Of a stretch of DNA of 64,000 nucleotides, positions 37,959 to 47,379 are shown one piece after another. Within the stretch, counting starts at the first letter, position 1. Each line of letters starts with the position of its first letter. A model generated the notes under the pieces. That model did not search any database and was not told where the DNA came from. It worked only from the letters and a program-made list of their open reading frames with translations. The translations under genes were made by a program, and so were the position numbers. The stretch lies in assembly GCA_963790475.1 (NCBI GenBank), contig CAWBOS010000011.1:192001-256000 (forward strand), read 5' to 3'. This DNA comes from an uncultured delta proteobacterium (lineage in GTDB: Bacteria; Desulfobacterota; RBG-13-43-22).

Positions 37959-39362
37959 ATGATTGCCACCAAGATAAATAAATGGAAGGAAAAGTCCCTG
38001 TTGACCCTCCTGGCTATAGTCTTCATCGCCATTCTGGTGGGGATCAGTCTGATCGTCCATCGGTTCCCCTGGCGGTTGGACCTGACCCAAGGGAAGAAGC
38101 ATTCCATTTCCAGCCAGTCACAAAAAATCGTAAAAAACATCAGGCAGGAGGTCTGGATCCGGGCCTTTTTTCAGGAAGGAAACCCCGCTAAAAAAAATGC
38201 CCAGGCCCTTTTTGAGACCTATTCTTATATCAATCCCCGAATTCATTACCAGTTTATAGACCCCGATCGGCAACCCGCTTTAGCTCAGCAATACGGGGTG
38301 CGAAACTACGGGGCCTTGACCCTGGAATCTGCCGGAAAAACCCGCAATGTTGCCACCGCCGATGAAGAGGGGATCACTAACGGCCTGTTACGATTGATGC
38401 AAAACAAAGTCAAGAAGGTAGTTTTTCTTACCGGACATGGGGAAAAGAGTCTTCAGGATTCCCAAAAGACAGGATATTCCCAGGCCGGGGGTCTCTTGGA
38501 AAAAGAAAATTACCAGACCGAAGAAATCAATCTTATGTCCGGGACCGGCCTTCCGGCCGAGACCAGCTGTTTGGTCATTGCCGGGCCAAAGAAACCCTTT
38601 TTCCCGGAAGAAATTGAGGACCTGAAAAAATTCGTCAGCCGTGGAGGCCGGGTGGTCCTGATGTTGGAACCTTATCAGGACGGTGGGTTAAAAGATTGGC
38701 TGGCCTCATTGGGGGTGACCCTGGATCAGGATATCCTGATCGATAAGGTCAGCCGGATTTTTGGCGGGGATTACCTGATCCCCATGGCCGGTTCCTACGG
38801 CCGGCATCCGATAACCGAAAGATTCAATGTGGCTACTTTTTTCCCCACGGCCCGATCCCTGACGATTCCCGCAACACCACCGCCAGGGGTTTCTTACGAT
38901 ATACTGGTTCGCTCATCGTCTGAGAGCTGGGCGGAGACCGACAAAAGAAAAATGGAAAAGGGTGAGGCCTCCTTTGATGAAGGGAAAGACCGGAAAGGGC
39001 CGCTGGACCTGGCCGTTTTAGTGACCATTGGTTCACCGGACCCAAAAGCGGATTCCAAAGAACCCGGGAAAAAGGAACAAAAATTTCCCAAAGGTCAGCT
39101 CGCCGTTTTCGGCGATTCGGATTTTGCCTCCAACGCTTATTTTAATCTTTCCGGCAACGGGGACCTGCTGCTGAATACCATCAATTTCCTGACCGAAGAA
39201 GAACAGCTTATATCCATCCGTCCGGCCAAAACACCGGTTCGTCCTTTATCCTTGACCTCAGCCCAGGCCCAGATGTTGTTCCTGATCCCTATGGTCCTGC
39301 TGCCCTTGGTGGTGATTGGGGCCGGGATAGGCGTTTGGCGTTCAAGGAGAAAGGCGCGGTGA
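37959..39362 (+). CDS. GldG-family ABC auxiliary component
   Basis: RLDLT, FLTGHGEK, LVIAGP, GDSDFASN..GNGDL, C-terminal TM plus WRSRR. Confidence 0.88.
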   Translation: MIATKINKWKEKSLLTLLAIVFIAILVGISLIVHRFPWRLDLTQGKKHSISSQSQKIVKNIRQEVWIRAFFQEGNPAKKNAQALFETYSYINPRIHYQFIDPDRQPALAQQYGVRNYGALTLESAGKTRNVATADEEGITNGLLRLMQNKVKKVVFLTGHGEKSLQDSQKTGYSQAGGLLEKENYQTEEINLMSGTGLPAETSCLVIAGPKKPFFPEEIEDLKKFVSRGGRVVLMLEPYQDGGLKDWLASLGVTLDQDILIDKVSRIFGGDYLIPMAGSYGRHPITERFNVATFFPTARSLTIPATPPPGVSYDILVRSSSESWAETDKRKMEKGEASFDEGKDRKGPLDLAVLVTIGSPDPKADSKEPGKKEQKFPKGQLAVFGDSDFASNAYFNLSGNGDLLLNTINFLTEEEQLISIRPAKTPVRPLSLTSAQAQMLFLIPMVLLPLVVIGAGIGVWRSRRKAR

Positions 39363-39895
39363 TTTTAAAGAAGCTTTGGATATACCTCGCCGTCCTTCTG
39401 TTCGTTGCCGGGCTTTGGGCTGTATCAGAATTTATGATCCCTCGAAAGACAGAGGGATTAAAGGTCCCGCCCTTTTTTACCAACCTTCAACCCGAAAAAA
39501 TTCAGGAGATCCAATGGCTGAGAGGCACTGACGTTGTTGACCTGAAAAAGAATAAGGTTTGGGAGATCGTTCAACCGGTTTCAGCGCCGGCCGATCCGGC
39601 TGTTGTGAATAATATCCTCCGGACCTTGAGTGGGCTTACATCGGAAAAACGATTTTCCGTTTCAGGGAAGGACTGGAAAGAATTCGGCCTGGATCCCCCC
39701 AGGTTAAAGGTTCTTTTTTTGAACCAGGGTAAATGGATTGAAATTCAAATAGGTAAAAAGACACCGGTCGGTATTGACTCCTATGTCAGAGTCTCCAACT
39801 CACCAGACCTTTTTTTACTCCCGGAGTATCTCGTCGGAGAACTCGATCAGGACCTTTCGGCCCTGAAAGAGAAAAAGGTCAAGGAAGGTCCTTAA
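39359..39895 (+). CDS. DUF4340 domain protein
   Basis: N-terminal TM, W.I..PV.APAD, EFGLDPP, IGKKTP..YVR; follows the gldG-like gene. Confidence 0.8.
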   Translation: MILKKLWIYLAVLLFVAGLWAVSEFMIPRKTEGLKVPPFFTNLQPEKIQEIQWLRGTDVVDLKKNKVWEIVQPVSAPADPAVVNNILRTLSGLTSEKRFSVSGKDWKEFGLDPPRLKVLFLNQGKWIEIQIGKKTPVGIDSYVRVSNSPDLFLLPEYLVGELDQDLSALKEKKVKEGP

Positions 39896-40266
39896 TGGCC
39901 AGGATTGTAAGCTGTTTAAAAAAAAGAGAGATGCTCCACAACACGAGTATCAGCAGTGACGAACTCGCTCAATATGGATGGGAGTACCTTAAAGAGGATC
40001 GACCGGTCGATGCCCTGGATTTTTTTGAAAAGGCCCAGGACTTGGAAGGGATCCGGCAGATCAGGGAGTGGAGTCTGGAACAAGGCGATCCTTTTCTGCT
40101 GCAACAAACCGGGAAACTATTGAAGGAGCAGGTCCCCGAAGATTTATGGAGGAAGGTAGGAGAAAAGGCCCTGGGCGCCGGCAGATTTCAACAAGCCTTG
40201 ATGGCCTTTAAAGCCCTGGCTGATGAGGAAAAAATTAAAGAGATACAGACTTTGATAAAAGGATAA
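39895..40266 (+). CDS. Hypothetical helical (TPR-like) protein
   Basis: Translationally coupled ORF, DALDFFEKA. Confidence 0.7.
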   Translation: MARIVSCLKKREMLHNTSISSDELAQYGWEYLKEDRPVDALDFFEKAQDLEGIRQIREWSLEQGDPFLLQQTGKLLKEQVPEDLWRKVGEKALGAGRFQQALMAFKALADEEKIKEIQTLIKG

Positions 40267-40384
40267 GGATCATCCCTGTTTCTTCATAAGTAATAAGGAA
40301 GTAACAATTCCAAATAATATTGGAACCCCACCGCTTCAATTTAAAAAGTGAGATAAATTCTGACTGAAAAGCGTGAACAGCAAT

Positions 40385-41489
40385 ATGCCTAACGACAATC
40401 ATAAAAGGGATTACTATGAGGTGTTGGGAGTTTCCCGGCAGGCCGATGAAGAGGAAATAAAAAAAGCCTACCGGAAAATGGCTCTCCAATATCATCCGGA
40501 CCGTAATCCCGGAGATAAAGAAGCCGAAGAACGGTTTAAGGAAGCGGCCGAGGCCTACGAGGTTCTTCATGATGCCCAAAAACGGGATCTTTATGACCGG
40601 TTCGGCCATGAGGGGTTGAAGAGTACCGGCTTCAGCGGGTTTGGCGGATTTGAAGATATTTTCTCCAGCTTCGGGGATATCTTCGAAGACTTTTTCGGGT
40701 TCGGCCGAAGGGGCCGGGGTGGATCATCGCGGGCCAGGGAAGGAGCGGATCTTCGTTATGATCTCTCCGTTTCTTTCATGGAAGCGGCCAAAGGTAAGGA
40801 AATGGAACTGAAAATTCCCCGGATGGAGACCTGTACCCATTGCCATGGGAATGGCCTTGAACCCGGCACCAAGCCCGAATTCTGCCCCACCTGCGGCGGC
40901 AGGGGACAGGTGGTCCAGTCCCAGGGGTTTTTTCGAATCAGTACCCCCTGTCCAAGGTGCCATGGTCAGGGCCAGATTATCACCCATCCCTGCCCTTCCT
41001 GCCACGGGCAAGGACGGATTGAACAGACCAAAACCTTGTCCATCAAGATCCCGCCCGGAATCTCCAATGGGTCCCGCTTGCGTTTTCGAGGTCAGGGGGA
41101 AGGGGGCAGTCCAGGGGGGCCCTCCGGGAGATTTATATGTCATCGTCTATGTCGAAGAACATGAATTCTTCCAAAGGGACGGGGACAATGTGGTTTGTTC
41201 TCTCCCCATTTCGATGACCCAGGCCGCCCTGGGGGCGGAACTTGAGGTGCCGACATTAAACAACCCTAAAAAACTGACTATCCCCAAAGGGACCCAGAAC
41301 GGCCAAACCTTGCGAATGAAAGGGGAAGGGTTCCCCCACCTTCGCGGGTCCGGTAAAGGAGATCAGATCATCCAGGTAGAGGTGAAAATCCCCAACCATT
41401 TAAATAAAAAACAGGAAGAACTGTTGCGGGAATTTGAGGAATTGGAAAGCAAAAAAAGCGGGTCCCGGCTGTTTAAGTTATTCTCATAA
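40385..41489 (+). CDS. dnaJ: Chaperone DnaJ (1-nt frameshift near 41105)
   Basis: J domain with HPD, G/F region, four CxxCxGxG repeats; C-terminal domain continues in another frame after a G-run. Confidence 0.93.
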
Positions 41490-41658
41490 CTACATTAGAA
41501 AGCAAGAATGAGGGGGTCCCAGGATAATCGGAAGCCTTCGGTTTAAGGTATAAGGTGCACAGTGTAAGGTTCACCTTGAACCTTTCGAGCCTCCGATCTT
41601 TTGAATCCATAAATCCTTTTAAATCTCCGATGTCTCTCCCGCAGACCAAAATTGGGTT

Positions 41659-43383
41659 CTACCGTATATAAGCCTCGGTCACATAGCGGCGCATCATGCG
41701 GTGGGTATTAAAATAATAGGCATTTTTTCCGATGGCATTTTGCATCATCCGGACCCAGATCCCTTTTTCATTATAATAAAGGGGTATGATGATCTTTTCG
41801 AGCTTATTGTATAAGTCCTCGGCATCCCGGGTATCATAGTCGTCCACCAGTTTTGTTTCGGTTGGGTTGGGTCCTATGGACCATCCCGTGTATCCTTCGA
41901 TATGACCTTCTATCCACCATCCGTCCAGGACACTGAAATTCAAAACACCGTTATGGGCCGCTTTCATCCCGCTGGTGCCCGAGGCCTCCCGGGGTCGAAG
42001 GGGAGTATTAAGCCAGACATCCACGCCCGAAACCAATTTCAAGGCCAGCTCCATATCATAGTTGGCCAGATAAACCAATTGGATTTGACCTTTCAATTTT
42101 TCCTTGAAATCAAAAATCCTTTCGATCAGGGCCTTGCCCGGCTGATCGTTAGGATGGGCCTTACCGGCATAGACGATTTGAATCTTACCCGTCCCTATGG
42201 TCTTTAGTCTTTCCAAATCACTGAATAACAGATCGGCCCTTTTATAAGCCGTTGCCCGGCGGGCAAAACCGAAGGTCAGCACCTCCGGGTCCATATTCAA
42301 ACCAGTGGTCTCTTGAACATAGCTGAATAAAACCTTCTTAGCTTCCTGGTGGGCTTCCCATATTTCTTCATCCGGGACCCTTTCGATACGGACAAATAAT
42401 TCAGGTTCATTGGCCCAACCGGGCAGGTATTTGTCATAAAGTTTCTTGAAGCTTTCACAGGTCCAGGTGTAGGAATGAACCCCATTGGTGATGGCGCTGA
42501 TTTTGTAACCGGGAAACATATTCCTGGAAATTTCACAGTGTTTTTTGGCCACCCCGTTAACGAATTCGCTCAGGTTAAGGGCCAGCAAAGTCATATTCAA
42601 AAATTCCTGCCCGGCAAGACCTTTCAGCACATCAAAGGGAATGGGCTCACCCAGGATCTGCCGGACTAAGTCATAGGAAAAACGGTCGTGGCCGGCATCC
42701 ACCGGGGTATGGGTGGTAAAAACACAAAGATCTTTTACCCGGTTGACATCCCAGACCAGTTTTTCGTCCCAAACCTCTTCAATCGGCTTTTGAAAAATTT
42801 GGAGAAGTTCAAGGGTTAACAGACTGGCGTGACCTTCATTAAGATGATATTTTTTGATTTCAAAACCCAGTTTTTTCAGCAGTCGTGCCCCGCCGATGCC
42901 CAGGACAATTTCCTGTTTTAAACGGTAAGCCAGATCCTTCCCGTAAAGGAAAGAGGTGATTTCCCGATCCTCGGGGGCATTTTCTTTTATGTCGGTATCG
43001 AGAAAGAAAACCGGGACCTGTCCTCCGGTAAAGCTTTTTACCGTATAGAACCAGGCCTGAATTAAAACCTTCCGGCCTTCAATCTCCACCGAAACCTTGG
43101 GGGAAAGCAGGGTCATGAATTTGGCCGGCTCCCAGAAAACCGGGTGTTCGGTCTGCCTGCCTTTTTCATCCAATTCCTGGCGGAAATATCCTTTTTCACT
43201 GAGCAGGGTAACCGCTACCATGGGAAGATTGAGGTCGGCCCCGGATTTGATGGTGTCTCCGGCTAAAACACCCAGACCGCCGCTGTAGGTCGGGATACTG
43301 CTCTGTATCCCTATTTCCATAGAGAAATAGGCAATCATGGGTTCTTTGGTCAATTCCATCAACAAAATGGCTTCGGGATTCAT
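41659..43383 (-). CDS. glgP: Alpha-glucan phosphorylase
   Basis: YFSMEIG, YSGGLGVLAGD, HLNEGH, ITNGVH, EASGTSGMK. Confidence 0.93.
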   Translation of the reverse strand: MNPEAILLMELTKEPMIAYFSMEIGIQSSIPTYSGGLGVLAGDTIKSGADLNLPMVAVTLLSEKGYFRQELDEKGRQTEHPVFWEPAKFMTLLSPKVSVEIEGRKVLIQAWFYTVKSFTGGQVPVFFLDTDIKENAPEDREITSFLYGKDLAYRLKQEIVLGIGGARLLKKLGFEIKKYHLNEGHASLLTLELLQIFQKPIEEVWDEKLVWDVNRVKDLCVFTTHTPVDAGHDRFSYDLVRQILGEPIPFDVLKGLAGQEFLNMTLLALNLSEFVNGVAKKHCEISRNMFPGYKISAITNGVHSYTWTCESFKKLYDKYLPGWANEPELFVRIERVPDEEIWEAHQEAKKVLFSYVQETTGLNMDPEVLTFGFARRATAYKRADLLFSDLERLKTIGTGKIQIVYAGKAHPNDQPGKALIERIFDFKEKLKGQIQLVYLANYDMELALKLVSGVDVWLNTPLRPREASGTSGMKAAHNGVLNFSVLDGWWIEGHIEGYTGWSIGPNPTETKLVDDYDTRDAEDLYNKLEKIIIPLYYNEKGIWVRMMQNAIGKNAYYFNTHRMMRRYVTEAYIR

Positions 43384-43499
43384 GGACTTCCTTTAAATAT
43401 TGAATTTATTGGGAAACGACATCCCCATTCTTTTTTTCTATTTTAATTTGGATTAAAATCCATAATATTGTCAAGCGATTATTTGTTTAATTATTTTTC

Positions 43500-43528
43500 T
43501 TGCCAATAGAGGGCAAATCGGCTATAAG
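43500..43528 (+). promoter_or_regulatory. Sigma-70 promoter for the bS22 gene
   Basis: TTGCCA-N17-TATAAG. Confidence 0.55.
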
Positions 43529-43582
43529 TTATACTTTTAAATATATTTCTTCAGAAATTTCGGAAATCAAGAGGGGAACTGG

Positions 43583-43681
43583 ATGGGTAGCGTAGTCAAA
43601 AAAAGACGAAAAAAAATGAGGAAGCATAAGCATAAAAAGTTGATGAGAAAAACCCGTCATCAACGTAAGAAGAGGGGTTAA
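43583..43681 (+). CDS. Ribosomal protein bS22 / AURKAIP1-COX24 family (32 aa; not in the ORF track)
   Basis: MGSVVKKRRKKMRKHKHKKLMRKTRHQRKKRG with a GAGGGG RBS. Confidence 0.92.
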   Translation: MGSVVKKRRKKMRKHKHKKLMRKTRHQRKKRG

Positions 43682-43784
43682 CCGCCCCAACCTTTCAGAA
43701 GGGCATCGTTACTCATCGTTCGGGCGTTTTCGATTTGGATTGTACCTGCCGATAAAAAGAAACGTTCCACCATTTTTCCAAATC

Positions 43785-43816
43785 CAGGCCATCCCTTCCG
43801 GGTATGGCCTGTTTTT
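43785..43816 (+). terminator. Rho-independent terminator
   Basis: caggccatccc-ttcc-gggtatggcctg followed by TTTTT. Confidence 0.7.
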
Positions 43817-43833
43817 ATTGGTAAGGGGGGACT

Positions 43834-44622
43834 ATTATTTCTCGCATTTTGACCATTGCCGGTTCGGATTCCGGCGGCGGAGCGGGTATCCAGGCCGATC
43901 TGAAAGTCGTCGCCCTGCTGGGAGGATATGGAACTTCGGTCATAACCGCCCTGACGGCCCAAAACACCTTGGGGGTACAAGGGATCTTTCCGGTCCCCGT
44001 TTCCTTTATCGAAAAACAGCTTAATTCGGTCCTTTCCGATATCGATGTCGATGCCGTCAAGACCGGGATGCTGGTCCAGGCCGAAGTCGTTTCTCTGGTC
44101 GCCCGGAAACTTAAAAAGAGGAAGGTGCAAAAGCTGGTAGTGGACCCGATCATGATCTCTGAAAGCGGGCATCGGCTGTTGGAGGAAAAGGCGGTCCCAA
44201 TCCTGAAAGACAACCTTTTTCCACTGGCCGGGTTGATAACCCCTAACCTCTCCGAGGCCTCCATCCTGACCGGACTTCCGGTTCGAACCCGGACCGACAT
44301 GAAAAGGGCGGCCAGGGTCATTAAAGAAGGGACCCGGGGAAATGTCCTGATCAAAGGGGGGCACTTATCCGGGGCGGCCGTAGATCTTTTTTTTGATGGG
44401 TCCACCTTCCTGGAATTTTCCAGCCCGCGTATCCGGACCCGAAGCCCTCACGGAACCGGATGTACTTTATCCGCCGCTATTACCACCTTTTGGGGACAAG
44501 GTCTTTCTTTGATCGAGGCCCTGGGAAAAGCCAAAGAATTCATCACCACGGCCATTGCCGGAGCTCAACCGATCGGTCACGGGAGAAATGTGACCGATCC
44601 CTATGCCTGGCTAAAAAAATAA
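43834..44622 (+). CDS. thiD: Hydroxymethylpyrimidine/phosphomethylpyrimidine kinase
   Basis: [43 protein letters not shown]; start inferred at ATT. Confidence 0.92.
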   Translation: MISRILTIAGSDSGGGAGIQADLKVVALLGGYGTSVITALTAQNTLGVQGIFPVPVSFIEKQLNSVLSDIDVDAVKTGMLVQAEVVSLVARKLKKRKVQKLVVDPIMISESGHRLLEEKAVPILKDNLFPLAGLITPNLSEASILTGLPVRTRTDMKRAARVIKEGTRGNVLIKGGHLSGAAVDLFFDGSTFLEFSSPRIRTRSPHGTGCTLSAAITTFWGQGLSLIEALGKAKEFITTAIAGAQPIGHGRNVTDPYAWLKK

Positions 44623-44633
44623 GGAGTATTATT

Positions 44634-45921
44634 TTGACACAGATTGAATCAGCCAAAAAAGGAATCATAACTTCGGAAATGCGGGATGTGGCCCGCTATG
44701 AAGGGTTGGATCCGGAGCAGATCCAAAAAGGGGTAGCCCAGGGCACAATAGTTATCCCGGCCAACACCGAGAAAAAGAAGGACCGCCCCGTGGGCATCGG
44801 TCAAGGATTGACCATCAAGGTCAATGCCAATATCGGGACCTCGTCCGACCAGATAGACCTGGACCAGGAACTGGAAAAGCTTAAGATCTGCGTCCAAAGC
44901 AAGGCCGATACGGTGATGGACCTCAGCACCGGGGGAGACCTGAAGGAGATCCTGCGCACCATGATCGCCCATTCGCCTCTCCCTCTGGGTACGGTCCCTA
45001 TCTATCAGGCCGCGGTGGAAACGATCCGGGAAAAAGGCGGAATTATTCACCTGACCGCGGAAAAGATCTTCGAGGTGATTGAAAGCCAGGCCCGGGCCGG
45101 GGTTGATTTCATCACCGTGCATTGCGGGGTCACCCTGGGTTCCCTGGAGCGTCTGCAGCAGCAAGGCCGGATTCTGGATATCGTCAGCCGGGGCGGGGCC
45201 TTCCTGGCCACCTGGATGGTTTATCATGGGAAAGAAAACCCACTATTATGAACAATATGACCGGCTGGTGGATTTGGCCCGGAAATATGATCTGACCTTG
45301 AGCCTCGGCGACGGTCTGCGGCCGGGCTGCCTGCTCGACGCCACCGACCGGGCCCAGGTGCAGGAACTGATAACTTTAGGTGAATTACGGGAAAAGGCCC
45401 TTAAAGCCGGAGTCCAGGTCATGATCGAAGGACCTGGGCATGTACCGCTGAATCAGATCGAGGCCAATATCCTGCTCGAGAAACAGCTCTGCCAGGGTGC
45501 CCCTTTTTATGTCCTTGGTCCTTTAGTCACCGATATCGCCGCCGGTTATGATCATATCGCCTGCGCCATCGGGGGGGCACTGGCCGGGATGGCCGGAGCC
45601 GATTTTCTGTGTTATGTCACTCCTTCCGAACATCTCAAACTCCCTTCCCCGGAAGATGTGCGGGAAGGGATCATTGCCGCCCGGATCGCCGCCCATGCCG
45701 CTGATCTGGCCCGGGGGAACAAACAGGCCTGGGAACAGGACCGGCAAATGGCTTCGGCCCGCAAGGCCCTGGATTGGGAAAAGCAGATCGGACTCTGTCT
45801 GGATCCGGAAAAGGCCCGCAAAATGAGGGCTGAAACCAGCCGCGGTGAATCCGATGTCTGTACCATGTGCGGCGAATTTTGCGCCATTAAATTGATACGG
45901 GACTTTTTGAAAAAGAAATAG
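44634..45921 (+). CDS. thiC: Phosphomethylpyrimidine synthase (1-nt frameshift near 45246)
   Basis: [43 protein letters not shown]; TTG start after AAGGAG. Confidence 0.93.
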
Positions 45922-45932
45922 AGTGTTACTTT

Positions 45933-46067
45933 TGACAAGTTCGTAAAAAGTCGCCGAAACCCAAGGTACGTCATTCCGGCGAAAGCCGGAATCCAGTATT
46001 TTAAAGTAATTATAATTCTTCTGGACCCCGGCTTTCGCCGGGGTGACGACTTTTTACGAGTCCATCA
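45933..46067. repeat. Nested palindromic intergenic repeat, copy 2
   Basis: tcgtaaaaagtcg / cgactttttacga enclosing GTCATTCCGGCGAAAGCCGGAATCCAG..CTGGACCCCGGCTTTCGCCGGGGTGAC. Confidence 0.88.
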
Positions 46068-46097
46068 CTTTTTAAGGTCGTCTTTTTTAAAGCCATC

Positions 46098-47093
46098 ATG
46101 GAAGCCTCTGACCGGAAAGCTCACCCACATCCTAAAGAAATAATACTGGGGGTCTTGTCCCAAAGCGATTTTGTTTCCGGAGAGTCCCTGGCTAAACAAT
46201 TGGGAATGACCAGACCGGCGGTCTGGAAATATATCACCCAACTCAAAGAAGAGGGATTCAAAATCGAATCCCTTCAGGGTAAAGGTTATCGTCTCCAGGC
46301 CCTTCCTGATATTTTATATCCGGATCTGATTCGGCAGGAGATCGATACTCACCGTTTCGGGCAAAACATTTTTCATTTTCTGCGCACCGATTCCACCAAT
46401 ATCCAGGCCCGGTCTCTGGCCGCCAACGGGGCCCGGGAAGGGACCTTGCTGGTAGCTGAATATCAGGAAAAGGGGAAAGGCCGTCTGGGCCGTCAGTGGC
46501 AATCCCCTTCCGGGAAAAATCTCCTTTTTTCTTTAATCCTGCGGCCGGACTGGCCCCCGCAACAGGCCTTTTATGGGACGGTGCTGACTTCGGTTTCCCT
46601 TTGCCGGGCCATACCAGAAGTCACCGGTATTGAAGTGGGCATCAAATGGCCCAATGACATTTATGCCGGTGAAAAAAAATTAGCCGGGATCCTGACCGAG
46701 TTTGCCACCGATCCGGATCGAATCGAGTATATGATTGTCGGGATCGGGATCAACTGCAACTGGTCCCCGCCCAAACCGCCACCGGAAGGGCAGCCGTCCA
46801 TCAGCCTTCTTAAAGAGACCGGTCACAAAATTTCCCGTCTCAGGCTTCTGGCGCGTTTTCTGAAACAGGCGGAAACCTTATATGAACAAACTAATATCGA
46901 AGGAGTCGGTTTGCTAAAGGAGGAATGGAATCGATATTCCCTGGTCAATAATCGACGGATAACGATATCCAACAATCAGAAGACTTGGACCGGCATAGGC
47001 CAGGGTATCGATGATCATGGTGCCCTGATCCTTCAGCTTGACAATGGCCAACAGGAAAAATTTCTTGCCGGGGACGTGCATTTAAGATTTTAA
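46098..47093 (+). CDS. birA: Bifunctional biotin ligase/repressor
   Basis: N-terminal HTH (SGESLA..TRPAVWK), DSTN, GKGRLGRQW, KWPND, KLAGIL. Confidence 0.93.
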   Translation: MEASDRKAHPHPKEIILGVLSQSDFVSGESLAKQLGMTRPAVWKYITQLKEEGFKIESLQGKGYRLQALPDILYPDLIRQEIDTHRFGQNIFHFLRTDSTNIQARSLAANGAREGTLLVAEYQEKGKGRLGRQWQSPSGKNLLFSLILRPDWPPQQAFYGTVLTSVSLCRAIPEVTGIEVGIKWPNDIYAGEKKLAGILTEFATDPDRIEYMIVGIGINCNWSPPKPPPEGQPSISLLKETGHKISRLRLLARFLKQAETLYEQTNIEGVGLLKEEWNRYSLVNNRRITISNNQKTWTGIGQGIDDHGALILQLDNGQQEKFLAGDVHLRF

Positions 47094-47131
47094 GACTTTT
47101 TGTATCAGTTTAGCTTTTTGAAATAAATGTT

Positions 47132-47326
47132 TTCACCGCAAAGGCGCAAAGGGCGCAAAGAAATGAATATTTTCATTGATTGCCGGTGAGGGGGCCGGAA
47201 ATCAATAGCCTTCGCTAGCTTGCTGGGTAATTTTTTGCCGGAGGCCAGAGTTGGTTTATTCAATCCACCTCTCATGGGATTGAACAAAAACAATTCTCTC
47301 TGCGATCTTTGCGGCTTTGCGGTGAA
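47132..47326. repeat. MITE-like element with CGCAAAG-based terminal inverted repeats
   Basis: ttcaccgcaaaggcgcaaag / ctttgcggctttgcggtgaa with internal hairpins. Confidence 0.75.
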
Positions 47327-47379
47327 TATAAACCCTTTTTCGAATAACTAAAGTGTTACGATTTTTATAGGAGGGCTTC

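Noticed and set aside
41095-41135. Programmed frameshift or phase variation in dnaJ (and thiC)
   Set aside because: Short G-runs with no slippery heptamer or stimulatory structure; similar indels recur across unrelated genes, so sequencing error is more likely
43682-43830. TPP riboswitch upstream of thiD-thiC
   Set aside because: The conserved CTGAGA and ACCTGA..GATAATGC elements are missing; the hairpin is a simple terminator
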